Origin: Octopus bimaculoides
Lineage: Eukaryota
Direction of reading: 5' to 3'
NCBI RefSeq assembly: GCF_001194135.2
Contig: NC_069001.1
Coordinates: forward strand, 186,001 to 250,000
Length of the DNA stretch: 64,000 bases
The position numbers and the translations under genes are program-made. Positions 61,906 through 64,000 of the stretch are shown piece by piece (position 1 is the stretch's first letter; each line of letters starts with the position of its first letter). Under the pieces are notes generated by a model, which had not been told where the DNA came from, made no database searches, and worked only from the letters and a program-made list of their open reading frames with translations.

Positions 61906-64000
61906 CTATTGGGACAAAAATCCTGACCCTAGGATTGCATAATAAGCTTCTCAACCACTCAGCCATGCTTGGCTTGTCTTCAGTGTTCAACCACTAACTA
62001 CATAACTGACATCACAGTTAAAAGGTAGGAGATGTGAATCATGGAAGCAAGCAATCAGGAAATATTTATGTTGCTACATGACATGCTAGAAATAGGGACC
62101 AGGTCTCCTTTAAATCACACTCTACTGTAGTAAATAAAGAAGGATACACTGAAAAAAACAATGGACTGCTTCATTATATACATATATATATANNNNNNNN
62201 NNNNNNNNNNNNNNNNNNNNNNNNNNNNNNNNNNNNNNNNNNNNNNNNNNNNNNNNNNNNNNNNNNNNNNNNNNNNNNNNNNNNNNNNNNNNNNNNNNNN
62301 NNNNNNNNNNNNNNNNNNNNNNNNNNNNNNNNNNNNNNNNNNNNNNNNNNNNNNNNNNNNNNNNNNNNNNNNNNNNNNNNNNNNNNNNNNNNNNNNNNNN
62401 NNNNNNNNNNNNNNNNNNNNNNNNNNNNNNNNNNNNNNNNNNNNNNNNNNNNNNNNNNNNNNNNNNNNNNNNNNNNNNNNNNNNNNNNNNNNNNNNNNNN
62501 NNNNNNNNNNNNNNNNNNNNNNNNNNNNNNNNNNNNNNNNNNNNNNNNNNNNNNNNNNNNNNNNNNNNNNNNNNNNNNNNNNNNNNNNNNNNNNNNNNNN
62601 NNNNNNNNNNNNNNNNNNNNNNNNNNNNNNNNNNNNNNNNNNNNNNNNNNNNNNNNNNNNNNNNNNNNNNNNNNNNNNNNNNNNNNNNNNNNNNNNNNNN
62701 NNNNNNNNNNNNNNNNNNNNNNNNNNNNNNNNNNNNNNNNNNNNNNNNNNNNNNNNNNNNNNNNNNNNNNNNNNNNNNNNNNNNNNNNNNNNNNNNNNNN
62801 NNNNNNNNNNNNNNNNNNNNNNNNNNNNNNNNNNNNNNNNNNNNNNNNNNNNNNNNNNNNNNNNNNNNNNNNNNNNNNNNNNNNNNNNNNNNNNNNNNNN
62901 NNNNNNNNNNNNNNNNNNNNNNNNNNNNNNNNNNNNNNNNNNNNNNNNNNNNNNNNNNNNNNNNNNNNNNNNNNNNNNNNNNNNNNNNNNNNNNNNNNNN
63001 NNNNNNNNNNNNNNNNNNNNNNNNNNNNNNNNNNNNNNNNNNNNNNNNNNNNNNNNNNNNNNNNNNNNNNNNNNNNNNNNNNNNNNNNNNNNNNNNNNNN
63101 NNNNNNNNNNNNNNNNNNNNNNNNNNNNNNNNNNNNNNCAAAACATAATTTCTGCTTTTTCTTTATTCTTTTATTGTTTATTTTTTCAAGAGTTTGATTT
63201 TTTTTATTTAATGTTTTTGTTGCTTTTTTTTCTTGAGTTTATTTCTTAGTTTTGTATCATAACCTCCACCTCCACCACCACCACCACCACTAATCCTAAC
63301 ACTGTCAGTACATCAACCACCACTACCACCACCAATACCACCAACACCACCACCATTAGAAACCTCAGCACCAGTACTAAACACTGCCGCCAATACAACA
63401 ACTGGTCCCACCCTTGTACTACCACCAGTACCAATACCATCATTAGTACTACCATCACCACTACCACCAGTACCTTACCCATACAATAATTTCTTCTGGT
63501 GTCGTCAGTACCCCCCCCCCCGCCTCTCACCACTGCTCTCTTCCAGAAGGAGGCTTCAATCGCTGCTGCTGCTGCTTGGGGCACCTTACCATTCTGTTAA
63601 GCTATTTCCAGTGTTGCGTCATCTTAGAATGTTCTTGGAGTTTAGCCCCAGGTGGTCAGCCTTAACAGGCAGCTGCTCCATTTCAACCATGACCACACCC
63701 GTTCAAGCCTTGGATGACATTGTCCAATAAATGTGAGCTTCAGTTTCTAAAACACTGCAATGTGACCTGAAGAAGTTTGCTATTTCCAGTGATTGTTGAG
63801 TCAAGCAAGAATCAAGGAGCCTGTTGACTCCCCTCCAGGAAAAAAACAGCAGTCACGTCCCCATCAATCCACTCTCAATTGCATCTTTAAACGAAGGCCA
63901 CATTAACATAAAAATAAGTTCTGGGATTGATTTGTTCAACTAAACACCGCAAGGCTGTACCCCAGCATGGCCGCAGTCCAATGACTGAAGCCAGTAAAAG

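Noticed and set aside
1-64000. Most ORFs in the supplied six-frame track (YIYI, THTH, CVCV, SLSL, poly-D/H/V/T/E, and ORFs running through X)
   Set aside because: They are translations of microsatellites or run through N-gaps, with no domain content.
1-64000. CRISPR arrays, operons or other prokaryotic systems
   Set aside because: The sequence is eukaryotic in character and has no repeat-spacer arrays or long ORFs.

Overview
AT-rich animal genomic DNA from a draft assembly, with 18 N-gaps totalling about 6 kb. It is packed with microsatellites ((TA)n, (CA)n, (GA)n, (TAA)n, (CAT)n, (GGT)n, (CTT)n) and several interspersed SINE-like families. That profile resembles coleoid cephalopod (Octopus-type) genomes; this is an inference. 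I could not identify any intact cellular gene, and nearly all listed ORFs are microsatellite translations. Recognisable coding remnants all come from transposons: a near full-length but frameshifted Tc1 (DD34E) element with TIRs (30572-31789, minus), two R4/Dong-type restriction-like-endonuclease fragments (one set between (TAA)n tracts), three RTE-type LINE fragments, a probable Penelope-like RT remnant, and a Penelope-like terminal segment carrying a degenerate hammerhead-ribozyme motif. Between the repeats lie unique islands with transcription-factor-site clusters (RFX X-boxes, an inverted TCF/LEF pair, a TGACA/TALE cluster, a homeodomain palindrome), several perfect hairpins (the longest 17 bp), and short candidate exons on both strands. 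This fits a large intron or regulatory desert of an unidentified gene. The most intriguing unexplained item is a compact, possibly frameshifted two-exon unit at about 29.0-29.5 kb that would encode signal peptide, pro-region, KR and a short peptide. It remains speculative.
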